NCBI RefSeq assembly: GCF_031769215.1
Contig: NW_026782404.1
Coordinates: 62,001-126,000, forward strand
DNA length: 64,000 nt
Origin: Ylistrum balloti
Lineage: Eukaryota
Reading direction: 5' to 3'
Part shown: piece after piece, positions 1 through 11,890 of the stretch
How the letters are laid out: each line of letters begins with the position of its first letter
Position numbering within the stretch: the stretch's first letter is position 1
Position numbers and translations under genes: made by a program
Notes under the pieces: model-generated
Databases searched by the model: none
What the model was told of the DNA's origin: nothing
What the model saw: only the letters and a program-made list of their open reading frames with translations

Positions 1-1547
1 TATAGCAAATGTAACCAGAGTGGGAAAAGATGTGTCTGTCCAATATCAAAGTGACACAGTTTCTTGTATCATCATGTCAGAAGAATCGATAAAGGGATAT
101 TCAGCACATCATCAAATGATGTTTTTATGAGAATTTTACAAACAATCTATTTTTTGTTCCTATAGATATTCCACACCTTAATTAACCATAAAAAACATGC
201 CAAATTTGATTTGTGGAAATTCCATATTGATCAAGCAGAGTGGATTTACAAGCAGTAGCTTGACCACAATCTAACCACAACAGGTTTGATTTTTATAAGC
301 CAAATAGTGTGAAATATTTGTGTACATTCAAAAATTGACAAGAAATAAGACGAACAAAGCAATGAAATTCCAATCCCAGCAAAAGTTATAAAGGAACAGT
401 GTATAGACCAGTTTACCCAATATGTCCCATTAAAGAGTTTTAAAAAGGGTTCCTTCAAAACAGTCAGAAATTTGCTAACTTCTTCAAGATACCCCTTTAA
501 GTCTAAGTCAAAATGCTGTTTGAGAAGCACACCAACATATCTTGATAAGAAACTGTATCAATGGATGCTGATGTAACAAGTGGTAGTAGATGGTGAGAAG
601 TAAAGACCAGCAGCTGTCATATTAGTGGTTCCCTAGGGTATAGTCATTGGACCTGTGCTATTCCTGAATTCCATCAGTGACCTCTGACCCAAAGTGTGAT
701 CCACTGATAGACTGTTCTCTGATGACTGCCTTCCCTGGCTTGGTCATCCAGATAATGGAGGATGCCAATCCTGCAAGATTACCTAAACCACCTCCAAAAT
801 TTGGAAAGACACCTGCTGATAAGTTATTACCTAGGGAAGTGAAAAGTGATACAGCTACCAACATCTAAGCACAAGATGGTGCAGAGTAGTTACAGGATGA
901 ATCCTTGTAAGGAATTGCCACCACAAAGGTAATGGAAATATCCTGGATTCAGACTGAGACTTGACTAAAAAACTGACAGGGGCTCCCCCCATATAGAGCA
1001 TACTGAAAGAGAACCCACACTGCAGCCTTTCTCTGAAGAAACAACTCTTCATGCCCATTGATCATCAAGAAAGGTTTTACAAGACACTGATGAGTTTGCA
1101 GTTTAAAATATGCATCCATAGATCGTTTGGGATTTTTTCCAAAAAACTTGCATCATTTCCATTGAGACAGTGCAGAGGAGTGGGGGCACAGTTCACTAAA
1201 GAGTACAGGGAAATTAAAAGCAACCAGAAGTGAAATCAATAACTGCTTAAAAAGTATTTGATATGTCAAGGTAAAATTAAAGCCTACCAAGATTCAAGGC
1301 TGAAACAGGAACATTTATGACAAAGTTGTTTAAGACAGGAAAATTCTGTCAACATATTGTTGCTGAATGTGTTTTTTTCCTCGCATGCTGGTCTCAAGAA
1401 TTTAAAATGACACCTTTAGGGTTGATGGTCATCTTGAAAGCCAGCTTTATTTCTGGCATGTCTGATGTTGGTGTTCATGCACATGTTGGTAATATGTGGG
1501 CCTAATGGCAATTTGATAGAAAATAGATTAAAAACATTCTTTTTTAC

Positions 1548-2613
1548 CATATGTGCATTTTGCCTTCCATATCTCCTGTGGCCAAATATCTCTCCTGTAG
1601 TTTGGAGGCTCCAAATGTGCCACATTTAAATCCCTTGGACTTTTCCACCTGAAGACATACATGATGTATTAAGTTTACTCAAAATGATACCCAAAATGTT
1701 ACATGTCATAAACTGATGACTAACAAACTAGTCAAACGTCTTGCATAGTTTATAAAGTACACATATTAAAAGACATATTAACCAAAAAATGAAAAATAAA
1801 TCTATGATAGTACAAAACTTTAAGATACCATGTGTAATTTGTAATTTACTAGATATAAGTCTTTATATCACAACAAGCGAGAAAATTATGAGTGTAACTT
1901 TAATGCCTACACTGTCAACGTCATCACACAAATGACCAGTATGGAGAGCATTTGCACTGAGGTATCACTTTACAAGATGATAATAAATGCATCTAATAAA
2001 TGCATGTAACCTTATGTGCACTATGGTGGAGAGTATTAACGGTTTAACAAGATAATGATAACATGATAATGAAATGCGTTCATACTAATGATCCAATGTC
2101 CCAATCCATAGTACCTGTAGTGGATAGGTAAAACAACATTTCCAAATGGCAAGTGTATGTAAGATTATGCTGTAACCGAAAAGTCCTGAGGATTGATTAC
2201 CATCTCGTATGCTGTATACCTTGGTGCATATACGCTTCATACTAGTTATTTGTTCGGTGAAGGTTATCGTTTAGCCATCGAATTTTTTATCGAACTGGTT
2301 GTAGTATCATGTATGAACTTCTGCTCAGTATATTGTTCCAAGAATTAAAATTCACTTCTTAACACATAAATATGAAAAAGGCAACTTTCTGTCAATATAT
2401 ATATACAATACAAAAATTACAAAACAACCATCACATCACCTCCTTAACGAGTCCAACATCTCCGTGAGAAACCTCATATATCTGGATGGCACCGGTTCCG
2501 CGTGCATGGTTACCGAGGACCACGAACTTAGCACTAGACGGTATCCATTTTGCGTCGAAAAGTGTGAAGTTGACCGACTTTTGGATATGCAGTATTATTT
2601 GCGGTTTATCCAT
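1548..2613 (-). CDS. WDR92: WD repeat protein 92 / dynein axonemal assembly factor 10, coding exons 1-2 (gene continues beyond the left window edge)
   Basis: Exon 1 2613-2440 ([58 protein letters not shown]) and exon 2 1648-1548 ([34 protein letters not shown]), with GT-AG sites in consistent phase. Closely resembles the WDR92 N-terminus as I recall it (KPQIIAHIQK...ARGTG...KCGTFGA...RYLATGD). No exon 3 found in 1-1547. Confidence 0.93.
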
Positions 2614-3010
2614 GGTTATATGTTTGTAAAATGATGTCAATTTGATTTGATAATAACCACACTCGACAAGACAGGCATAAACAAGAAAGCGAGATTCTTC
2701 TGGAAGTCGAACGGAAGTTCGAATATTTTTACCTCCAAACCAAAAGAGCGATGTAAATATTGTAGGAGAGTGCACATGCTAGATCACATTACAAACTGAT
2801 ATATATATATATAGATATATATATTTATGTTAGTTTACTAGGTAGGTTATACAAACTCAATTGCAATATATAATGATTACCCATATATGTTTCATTGCTG
2901 ATGTATTCGACTCAACAGAGGAAAATTTCTTATAAGCGTACATTATACAGGCTTCCGGTACACTGCTCCCAAAACACATCTACACGTGCACGAAGTGTCC
3001 CAGACCACAG
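2614..3010. promoter_or_regulatory. Putative bidirectional promoter WDR92/RRP36, with a candidate non-coding first exon of RRP36 ending at 3010
   Basis: ETS-like GGAAGT/CGGAAGT motifs at ~2702-2718 and CTTCCGG at 2952. CAG|GTACTA donor at 3011. The RRP36 ATG exon begins with an acceptor at 4660, which implies an upstream exon. Confidence 0.45.
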
Positions 3011-3180
3011 GTACTAGCCTCGTCTGTCAATACACTCATTATATTAATGTATAACAGTCGACACTAATATGTTGGCAGCATCGCACGTATTTGAAATTCT
3101 GAATGTAAATTGAGATCTAGCATAGGCATGTTTATCAGTTTATATATGTGAAAGACCGGGGGAAATACACTTATGTCGAG

Positions 3181-3250
3181 TGCCCCGACCAGGAATTTGA
3201 ACAGGGATCGGTTGCGTGATAATCAATCGGCTCTACCAACTGAGCCAAAG
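3181..3250 (-). mobile_element. tRNA-derived SINE head (degenerate)
   Basis: Reverse strand reads TTTGGCTCAGTTGGTAGAGC...GTTCAAATTCCTGGTCGGGGCA (A-box and B-box-like), but a full cloverleaf is not maintained. Confidence 0.6.
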
Positions 3251-3364
3251 CAGCATGCTGAATGATGAAAACCGTATTTAAAACTATGTACAGGCCACAT
3301 CAACCCGCTCCTATTACACTGCTCCCTCATTTTTCTTTAGATTTCCTAACCTCAACAGTAGACT

Positions 3365-3765
3365 TCAAATGACTCAACTCTTGGGATTTTGTTTAAACAT
3401 TACGGTCAAGTGCCCAGACCAGAAATCAAACCCAGATCTCTGGCAAACTGAGCCAAAGAAGCATACTCCATTAGCTGAGTGACTGAGACCATACTCAACT
3501 GTCAAATGACTCAACTCTTGGGATTTTGTTTAAACATTACGGTCAAGTTCCCAGACCAGAAATCAAACCCAGATCTCTGGCAAACTGAGCCAAAGAAGCA
3601 TACTCCATTAGCTGAGTGACTGAGACCATACTCAACTGTCAAATGACTCAACTCTTGGGATTTTGTTTAAACATCAAGTTCAGACCAGAAATCAAACCCA
3701 GATCTCTGGCAAACTGAGCCAAAGAAGCATACTCCATTAGCTGAGTGACTGAGACCATACTCAAC
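3365..3765. repeat. 137-bp tandem repeat, ~3 copies, built from SINE-like sequence
   Basis: CAAATGACTCAACTCTTGG recurs at 3366, 3503 and 3640. The unit contains CCAGACCAGAAATCAAACCC and CTGAGCCAAAGAAGCA, as in the SINE head at 3181 and the copy at ~21860. Confidence 0.9.
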
Positions 3766-3884
3766 ACTATATACAAGCCACACCAACTCCCTCTGATTAC
3801 ACATATATAAATTGATGATTAGTGTGGACCTCAGTTGTTTACATACCAGACACAAGTGCTTGTTGCAGACAGAATTTCAAACAT

Positions 3885-4215
3885 CTGTGACAGGAGTGGA
3901 AAAAATGTGCTGCCAGACCGAGGTTTAGACCTGGGACCTTCTGAAATCTAGACTCTACCTACTGAGCTCTATCCAGTTCCACTACATCCCTCCCTCCTTA
4001 TTTTTAGTCTTCCCCTCCAAAGACATCACATCAAACAACCTAAGTTCGGGTATCCCCTTGTTAAGCATTTACTGACTGCTTGAAACTAGATTTGGTTTCA
4101 TCACCAAATGTAACAGGAGTAGGAAAATGCACGGCCAGACAAGGGTTCGATCCTGGAACCTTCAAACTCCAAAAGGATGCTTTACCTACTGAGCTAACTG
4201 GTTCCTGAAGATTGA
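3885..4215 (-). mobile_element. Two further tRNA-derived SINE-like heads (~3885-3975 and ~4100-4210)
   Basis: Reverse strand gives GCTCAGTAGGTAGAG...GGTCTAAACC and TAGCTCAGTAGGTAAAGC...GGATCGAACCC, each followed by a similar TTTTCC(T)ACTCCTGT(T/C)ACA tail. A related tail lies at 5-30. Confidence 0.55.
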
Positions 4216-4673
4216 CCTCATCCAGTTCCGCTACACAGCAATGGTTGCATGAACCATCTAGTAGCTATATACATTCTACATTTTCTATTCTGTATACTAC
4301 AGTCTTACATATGATAGGCCTAAATTATGTTATCCCATTACGTTTGAAAATTTAAAGAATAAATTTTGATCCCATTGTAAATGATTGATTTAATGATGTT
4401 TTAGTAAAATATTTTATTATTCATGATAGATTCCTAGTAAAAATATGTCATTACAGATGTGATATCCTTGGTAATAATATTGATGTTAAAGTAATCAATT
4501 TCACTACAGTTGTGAATGGATAATATAGGTAAACTTATCTTTGACATTTAAATTAATGAAAATAAGCAAACATTGTAAACTTGTTATCCTATCCCACATG
4601 TGAAACGTGTGATATTGTTGAATATTGAATAAAAAAATACTGTTTATCTTTATATTGTAGAAATTCATGTGCT

Positions 4674-7600
4674 ATGGATCAAGATTTTGATGATGACAGT
4701 GAGGGTCAAGCCAGGGGTAGATTTAGAGACAGTGGTCAGATGACAAAATTAAAAACAGGAAAGAAAAAACATAAAGATTCAGCATCGTTGAAAATGTCTG
4801 ATAAAACTGCAGTGACAGTGATCCCTAAAAGTAGTGAAGGTGACTTCTACAGTAGTCAAAAGAAAAAAAAACTAAAACAATTTTCTGGTCTGGGCAATGA
4901 TGAAATGACTCCTGGAAACAGCAAGACAAGTAAAGAATATGAAATTGAAGAGGATGAATATCAGGCTTGTTCTGAAGATGAGGATATGGAGGAACAGTCT
5001 GAAATGGAGTCTACTGATGAAGATGTCAGTAAAGAAGAGTATGTAAGTGTACAAATTATTTTCACATCATGACTTCAGGCTTGATGTCATTATAATCAAG
5101 TGCTTAAATTGGAACAAAATCTTTATGGCAGCAAATATTTCTTCTTTAAAATTGAAATTACAGAATTAATTGTGTAAACATTAATTGTGATCAAATTTGA
5201 GGATATATTTATCTGGCAACAATCCCATGCCTGGTAATAAGCTTACCCACATTTATTGAAGTTTCAGTAGAAATGCCAACATATGCAGTTTATGAGTCAT
5301 TTGAAATAAGCTTATATATGGCTGCCTATCACTGTGTTATCGTCTGTGATGATAGCCAGAATGTTAAGTTTTTAATACTTCCCCATTAACTGCTATGTGG
5401 GCGACTATCATTTGCCATACCATGTTGTTTCTTGAAGTTTATTTGCATGTGTCATCATTGTTGAATTAATTGATTCTTTTCTGAACTTGTCTCCTTTTAT
5501 TCACAGGCAGCCATGCGTGAAGGTAAGATGTTTTCACAAAATTACAAATAATTCTGATGTTCACTGTACATATTTATAGTGAATTTTATTAGAAAGCTCT
5601 AAAAACCTGGCCTTTAAGTTCAAGTGTACATGTGTCTGTTACTTTATTGGTGTTTGGGATCACCTATACATATCAGTTCAATGTAAAGTTAATAAAAAGT
5701 TGTCTTTTATAAACATTCACTGCCAGCATGAATTACACATCCCTAGCTGAAGCAAGAATTAAATTTATTTAGTCAAAATTTCTTTAATTCAATTTGTGTC
5801 CTTGCCACATTTTCAGAAATTGCTAACATGCCATTTGAAGATTTGATAAAGCTAAAAGAAAGAATTGGAACAAAAGCGTAAGTATCCTTAAAACTTTTCT
5901 GATTGCTTGGAAATTCCTATGGTATGAATTTCAGATTGATGGAATGAACCTTAAGAATTCTCCATTACAGTGATCTTCTCAATCCTGAGTTGAGCTCAAA
6001 AGAAAAACAAATGTGACAAATTTTCATAGATCAAATGTGAAATGGAAACAAGTTAATGATCCCTTTTTTCCAAATATCAGAAAATGCTCTTTTTCAGTGT
6101 CAAACTTGAAGCCCTCATGGCTCTGTATATGTCTACGTCTCCATTTTGACATCACTATGTAGTGTGCAAATATGTGACATCATTTTATCTAGTCCCAATG
6201 TCATAGTAGATCATTACATGTGTTCATATGAATAAATATACGACTTGAATATATTCACAGAATAACATATCAGACATGTGGTGAAATGTTTTCAAAAGTC
6301 TACAATATCAACTATGCATAATTTAATTTTCATAAAACCATCTATAATTTAAAAAGTTGGAGATCATCTGTAAGTCATCTGATGTTGTCATACTGACTTT
6401 GTGCTGTTCAGCAACTTCCAACAGAATACTTTCTCTTGTTAAGCTTCTGCATTTTATTTCAGATACAAAAAGGCAATGCATGGTGATAAACACCTAGGTG
6501 TGAAGGGAAAGCGACAATTTAAAAGGAAAAACAAAAACAGGTGTGGAAGCTTATTACTTGATAATGTGAATGTCAGCAATTTGGGTTTTTTCTTCAGTAC
6601 GTCATATAACCTGACATTAACAAATTTCACAACAGAAAGTTAAAACCTGTCAGTATTGTCTTTTTTGCTTTAATGAACTGATTTAGCATAAATGATTGAC
6701 TTCACAGTGTGTGAGAAAATTACTATAATCAAAATGCATCAAGACAGTCTGAATTTTTTGTGTTGAATAAGGGCTTTTGAAAACTATTTCCAGACCAATG
6801 GAGATATCATCAAAGAGACGGGTACCTGCCGTAAGAGAGGTTATTCCTGTAAAGAAAAAGGTGACAACTTTAGTAAAGTAAAGGTTACAGAAAATATTAA
6901 ATGCTCGTAAACATCATCAAATATGACTTTCAGAATAAAAACATATAAGTGCCATATTGGTTTTGCTGTTCAGGTATAGAGAGAAAGAGTTTTCTTCATA
7001 CTGATAGTTATCATGCAATTCAAATTCAGTGGTACTGAAAATGTAAATAGTCTTTCACTCCAGGATTTGACATATATTCAAGTAACATCAAAGTTATCAT
7101 TGTGGAACTTGAACTCGGTCAACATAGCAATATCATTAATTTTTTGTTGTTTGTACACAAAATGCAGCGATTCATCTAGATCTAGATCCCTCCACTTGAT
7201 AATTTGTAATAAAATAATCCTTAATTAAATTATCATATTATAACCATGTTATTTTTGTGTTTGAAATTAATTAAAAGCTTTGATTATAATTTTTTTAGTT
7301 TCATGCTGGTATGAGAGAAAAACATTTTTTGCAAACTGAATGAATGCACGTAGCTTCAATGAAAGTTATGAGAGGCAAGTTTTTCAGACTGACTTTCGTT
7401 TCATACCACTTTTACAATATTGCATTGCATTTGAATTGTTAATTTTGTTCTGTAGAGGTTGAAGTCACTTCTAATTTCTGATGAAATAAAGGAATTATTC
7501 TACCTTTAGCATAAAATTTGTTTGGTTGTACATGTATGTTCCTATTTCAGATTAACCGTGACCCCAGATTTGATGACCTTTCTGGAGACTTCAGGGAAGA

Positions 7601-10600
7601 TCTCTTCAACAAATCTTACTCCTTCCTTAAGGACATAAAAATCAGGGAAAGGGAGGTAAGTTAAACTGATATACCAATGATTTGACGGTGCTTCCTTGAA
7701 TACTTATATTTTTTGAAATGCTTAATTCTTTTTTTTCTTAAAAAGATAAAAATGCATACCTAATAATCCTCCATATTTTGTGGAGGAAAAAACTTTGTCG
7801 TGTGTTTAAAATTGCATAGATACAGTGTAGGTATTGTTACAATATATTATGACAACTAGGTATAAGGTAGTGTTTTTTAGTTTTAGGGTATATTTTTTAA
7901 TCATCTTTACATTTACACAGAAAGTGCAAAGAGAACTCAAGAGAGTAAAGAATGCAGATAAGAAACAAGACCTTCACTATCTACTTAATCGTATGGTAAG
8001 TTATAAGTAGATGTTTAATTGTATGACACATTACTGATACACCAATAGTTAATTAATTGTTAGAAAGTTAATAGATACTCACTCTTATGATGAAATACCA
8101 AAGATATCAAAAGATACAGTAAGATCGAAAATCCATATTTAATAGTATTGTGCAATACTGATGGATATTGTAGGTAGATACTCCTTTATTTGGTGAGATA
8201 TTCATATATAGATACTCCTGTGTATGGTGAGATATTTATTTAGATACTCCTGTGTAAGGTGAGATATTCATATATAGATACTCCTGTGTATGTTGAGATA
8301 TTTATATAGATACTCCTTTGTATGTTGAGATATTTATATAGATACTCCTTTGTTTGCTGAGATAGATATATTTAGATACTCCTGTGTATGGTGAGATATT
8401 TATATAGATACTCCTGTGTATGGTGAGATATTTATATAGATACTCCTTTGTATTAGATATATAGATACTCCTGTGTATGGTGAGATATTTATATAGATAC
8501 TCCTGTGTATGGTGAGATATTTATATAGATACTCCTGTGTATGGTGAGATATTTATATAGATACTCCTTTGTATGTTGAGATATTTATATAGATACTCCT
8601 GTGTATGGTGAGATATTTATATAGATACTCCTGTGTATGGTGAGATATTTATATAGATATTTATATATATACTCCTTTGTTTGCTGAGATAGATATATAT
8701 ATATAGGTGATATGTGTAAGGTGAGATATTTATTATACTCCTGTGTATAGATACTCCTGTGTAAGGTGAGATATTTATATAGATACTCCTGTGTATGGTG
8801 AGATATTTATATATACTCCTGTGTATAGATACTCCTGTGTACTCCTGTGTGGTGAGATATTTATATAGATACTCCTGTGTATGGTGAGATATTTATATAG
8901 ATACTCCTTTGTAAGGTGAGATATTTATATAGATACTCCTTTGTTTGCTGAGATAGATATTTTGATACTCCTGTGTATGGTGAGATATTTATATAGATAC
9001 TCCTTTGTATGTTGAGATATTTATATAGATACTCCTTTGTATGTTGAGATATTTATATAGATACTCCTGTGTATGGTGAGATATTTATATAGATACTCCT
9101 GTGATATTTATATAGATATGTTGAGATATTTATATAGATACTCCTGTGTATGGTGAGATATTTATATAGATACTCCTGTGTATGTTGATATTTATATAGA
9201 TACTCCTTTGTTTGCGGAGATAGATATATTTAGATACTCCTGTGAGGTGAGATATATATAGATATATAGATACTCCTTTGTATGTATGGTGAGATATTTA
9301 TATAGATACTCCTTTGTATGTTGAGATATTTATATAGATACTCCTTTGTATGGTGAGATATTTATATAGATACTCCTTTGTTTGCTGAGATAGATATATA
9401 TATATTTATATAGATACTCCTGTGTATGTTGAGATATTTATATAGATACTCCTTTGTTTGTATAGATATATTTAGATACTCCTGTGTATGGTGAGATATT
9501 TATATAGATACTCCTAGATACTCCTGTGTATGGTGTATATAGTTGAGATATTTATATAGATACTCCTTTGTATGTTGAGATATTTATATAGATACTCCTT
9601 TAGATATATGATACTCCTGTGTAAGGTGAGATATTTATATAGATACTCCTGTGTAAGGTGAGATATTTATATAGATACTCCTGTGTATGGTGAGATATTT
9701 ATATAGATACTCCTGTGTAAGGTGAGATATTTATATAGATACTCCTTTGTTTGCTGAGATAGATATATATAGATACTCCTTTGTATGGTGAGATATTTAT
9801 ATAGATACTCCTGTGTATGGTGAGATATTTATATAGATACTCCTGTGTATGGTGAGATATTTATATAGATACTCCTGTGTAAGGTGAGATATTTATATAG
9901 ATACTCCTGTGTATTGAGATATATTTATATAGATACTACTGTGTCTTTTGAGATATTTATATAGATACTCCTTTGTATGTTTAGATATTTATATAGATAC
10001 TCCTGTGTATGGTGAGATATTTATATAGATACTCCTTTGTATGTTGAGATATTTATATAGATACTCCTTTGTTTGCTGAGATAGATATATTTAGATACTC
10101 CTGTGTAAGGTGAGATATTTATATAGATACTCCTGTGTATGGTGAGATATTTATATAGATACTCCTTTGTATGGTGAGATATTTATATAGATACTCCTGT
10201 GTATGTTGAGATATTTATATAGATACTCCTGTGTATGTTGAGATATTTATATAGATACTCCTTTGTATGTTGAGATATTTATATAGATACTCCTTTGTAT
10301 GTTGAGATATTTATATAGATACTCCTGTGTATGGTGAGATATTTATATAGATACTCCTTTGTATGTTGAGATATTTATATAGATACTCCTTTGTTTGCGG
10401 AGATAGATATATATAGATACTCCTGTGTATGGTGAGATATTTATATAGATACTTCTTTGTTTGCTGAGATAGATATATTTAGATACTCCTGTGTAAGGTG
10501 AGATATTTATATAGATACTCCTGTGTATGGTGAGATATTTATATAGATACTCATTTGTATGGTGAGATATTTATATAGATACTCCTGTGTATGGTGAGAT

Positions 10601-11890
10601 ATTTATATAGATACTGTGTATGGTGAGATATTTATATAGATACTCCTTTTTTTGCTGAGATAGATATATATAGATACTCCTTTGTATGGTGAGATATTTA
10701 TATAGATACTCCTGTGTATGGTGAGATATTTATATAGATACTCCTTTGTATGGTGAGATATTTATATAGATACTCCTGTGTATGGTGAGATATTCATATA
10801 GATACTCCTTTGTTTGCTGTGATAGATATATAGATACTCCTTTTGTTAAATTTAAATTCTGAAGGTGATGGAGATATGTTGAAGGCTAGCATGCTATTTA
10901 TTTTTCTGTATTTAACTGTTCTGAGTGGAATAACCGAAGTGATCATAGACATTTTGACTTTTGAGTTTTGTCATGTTTGTTTGTATGTCAGAATACATGG
11001 TCTCTCTAGAGGAAAATACCTTTAAAAGGATAGAGAATATAAAAATATAAAAGCATAAAGTGACTTTATATTTATTAACTCCAGAAACAACAAGAAATGG
11101 CTACAGATCAGAAACAAAAGAGACAAGACCTTGAAAAGAAGTGGAAGACAAAGGAGAAGGAAAGAGTGAAGGAAGGAAAGAATCCATTTTATCTCAAGAA
11201 AGGTAAAAGACACTTGTACATTGAAAACTTGTAAAAGTTTGTGTCTCACAGCAGCTAAAGTATTATAAAGAAATAACAATGCTATATTTATATAGCAACA
11301 TTACTTACAGACTTAAATCTTATTGACCAGGATTATTTATTGTCATATGCTGATGATGTAATAACTAGGGTATATCACCATTAAGCACATACATTCCCTC
11401 TGAAACATTTGTGATATACTGTATTATCACCATAATACACATACATTCACTAAGAAATGTTTGTAATATACTGTATCTTTAGGGGAAATAATATGAAGTT
11501 ATTATGTCTCAAAGACAAAAATGGAGGAATTTGTACATATTCTGATTTTTCTGGTATATCTTATTGACAATAATATCAGTAAAGAAAATTGAGATATGTT
11601 GCATTAATATAAATTGTATTCGATACGGTTTTATCAATGAAATGGTGCGTTTTTGTTAAATGGTTGTAACTAACGTAATGTTCAACTTTCATAGATATAC
11701 CATTGTGTTTAAATCTGTTGTGTTGTAATCTTTTTCAGGAGATTTAAGGAAACTAGAATTAGCAGAAAAGTATAGAGAGCTCAAGAAATCTGGAAAAGTT
11801 GACAATTACCTTAGTAAAAAGAGAAAGAAAACTGCTTCGAAAGAGAAAAAGAAGTTACCCTTACCAGCAAAGCAATTTGGATTCACATAA
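4674..11890 (+). CDS. RRP36: Ribosomal RNA processing protein 36 homolog, ~346 aa, 9 coding exons
   Basis: Exons 4674-5042, 5507-5522, 5817-5877, 6463-6540, 6794-6860, 7551-7655, 7921-7995, 11085-11202, 11739-11890 (sum 1041 nt, all GT-AG, phases consistent). Motifs MPFEDLIKLK, RPMEISSKRRVP, RDPRFDDLSG, PFYLKK and KYRELKKSGKVDNYLSKKRKK match the RRP36 family. Confidence 0.93.
8176..10843. repeat. 32-bp minisatellite (~80 copies, interspersed variants) in RRP36 intron 7
   Basis: Consensus AGATACTCCTGTGTATGGTGAGATATTTATAT with recurring variants (TTGTATGTTG, GTGTAAGGTG, TTGTTTGCTGAGATAGAT). Confidence 0.97.

Noticed and set aside
3181-4215. Possible tRNA genes
   Set aside because: A/B boxes are present, but acceptor and anticodon stems are not maintained and copies share non-tRNA tails; better explained as SINEs.
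8176-10843. CRISPR-like appearance of regular repeats
   Set aside because: Eukaryotic intron; units are contiguous with no unique spacers and there are no cas genes.
11348-11404. TGATGA...CTGA pair resembling a C/D snoRNA in RRP36 intron 8 (similar pair at ~21040-21106)
   Set aside because: Too short, no convincing terminal stem or recognisable guide; such pairs are expected by chance in AT-rich DNA.
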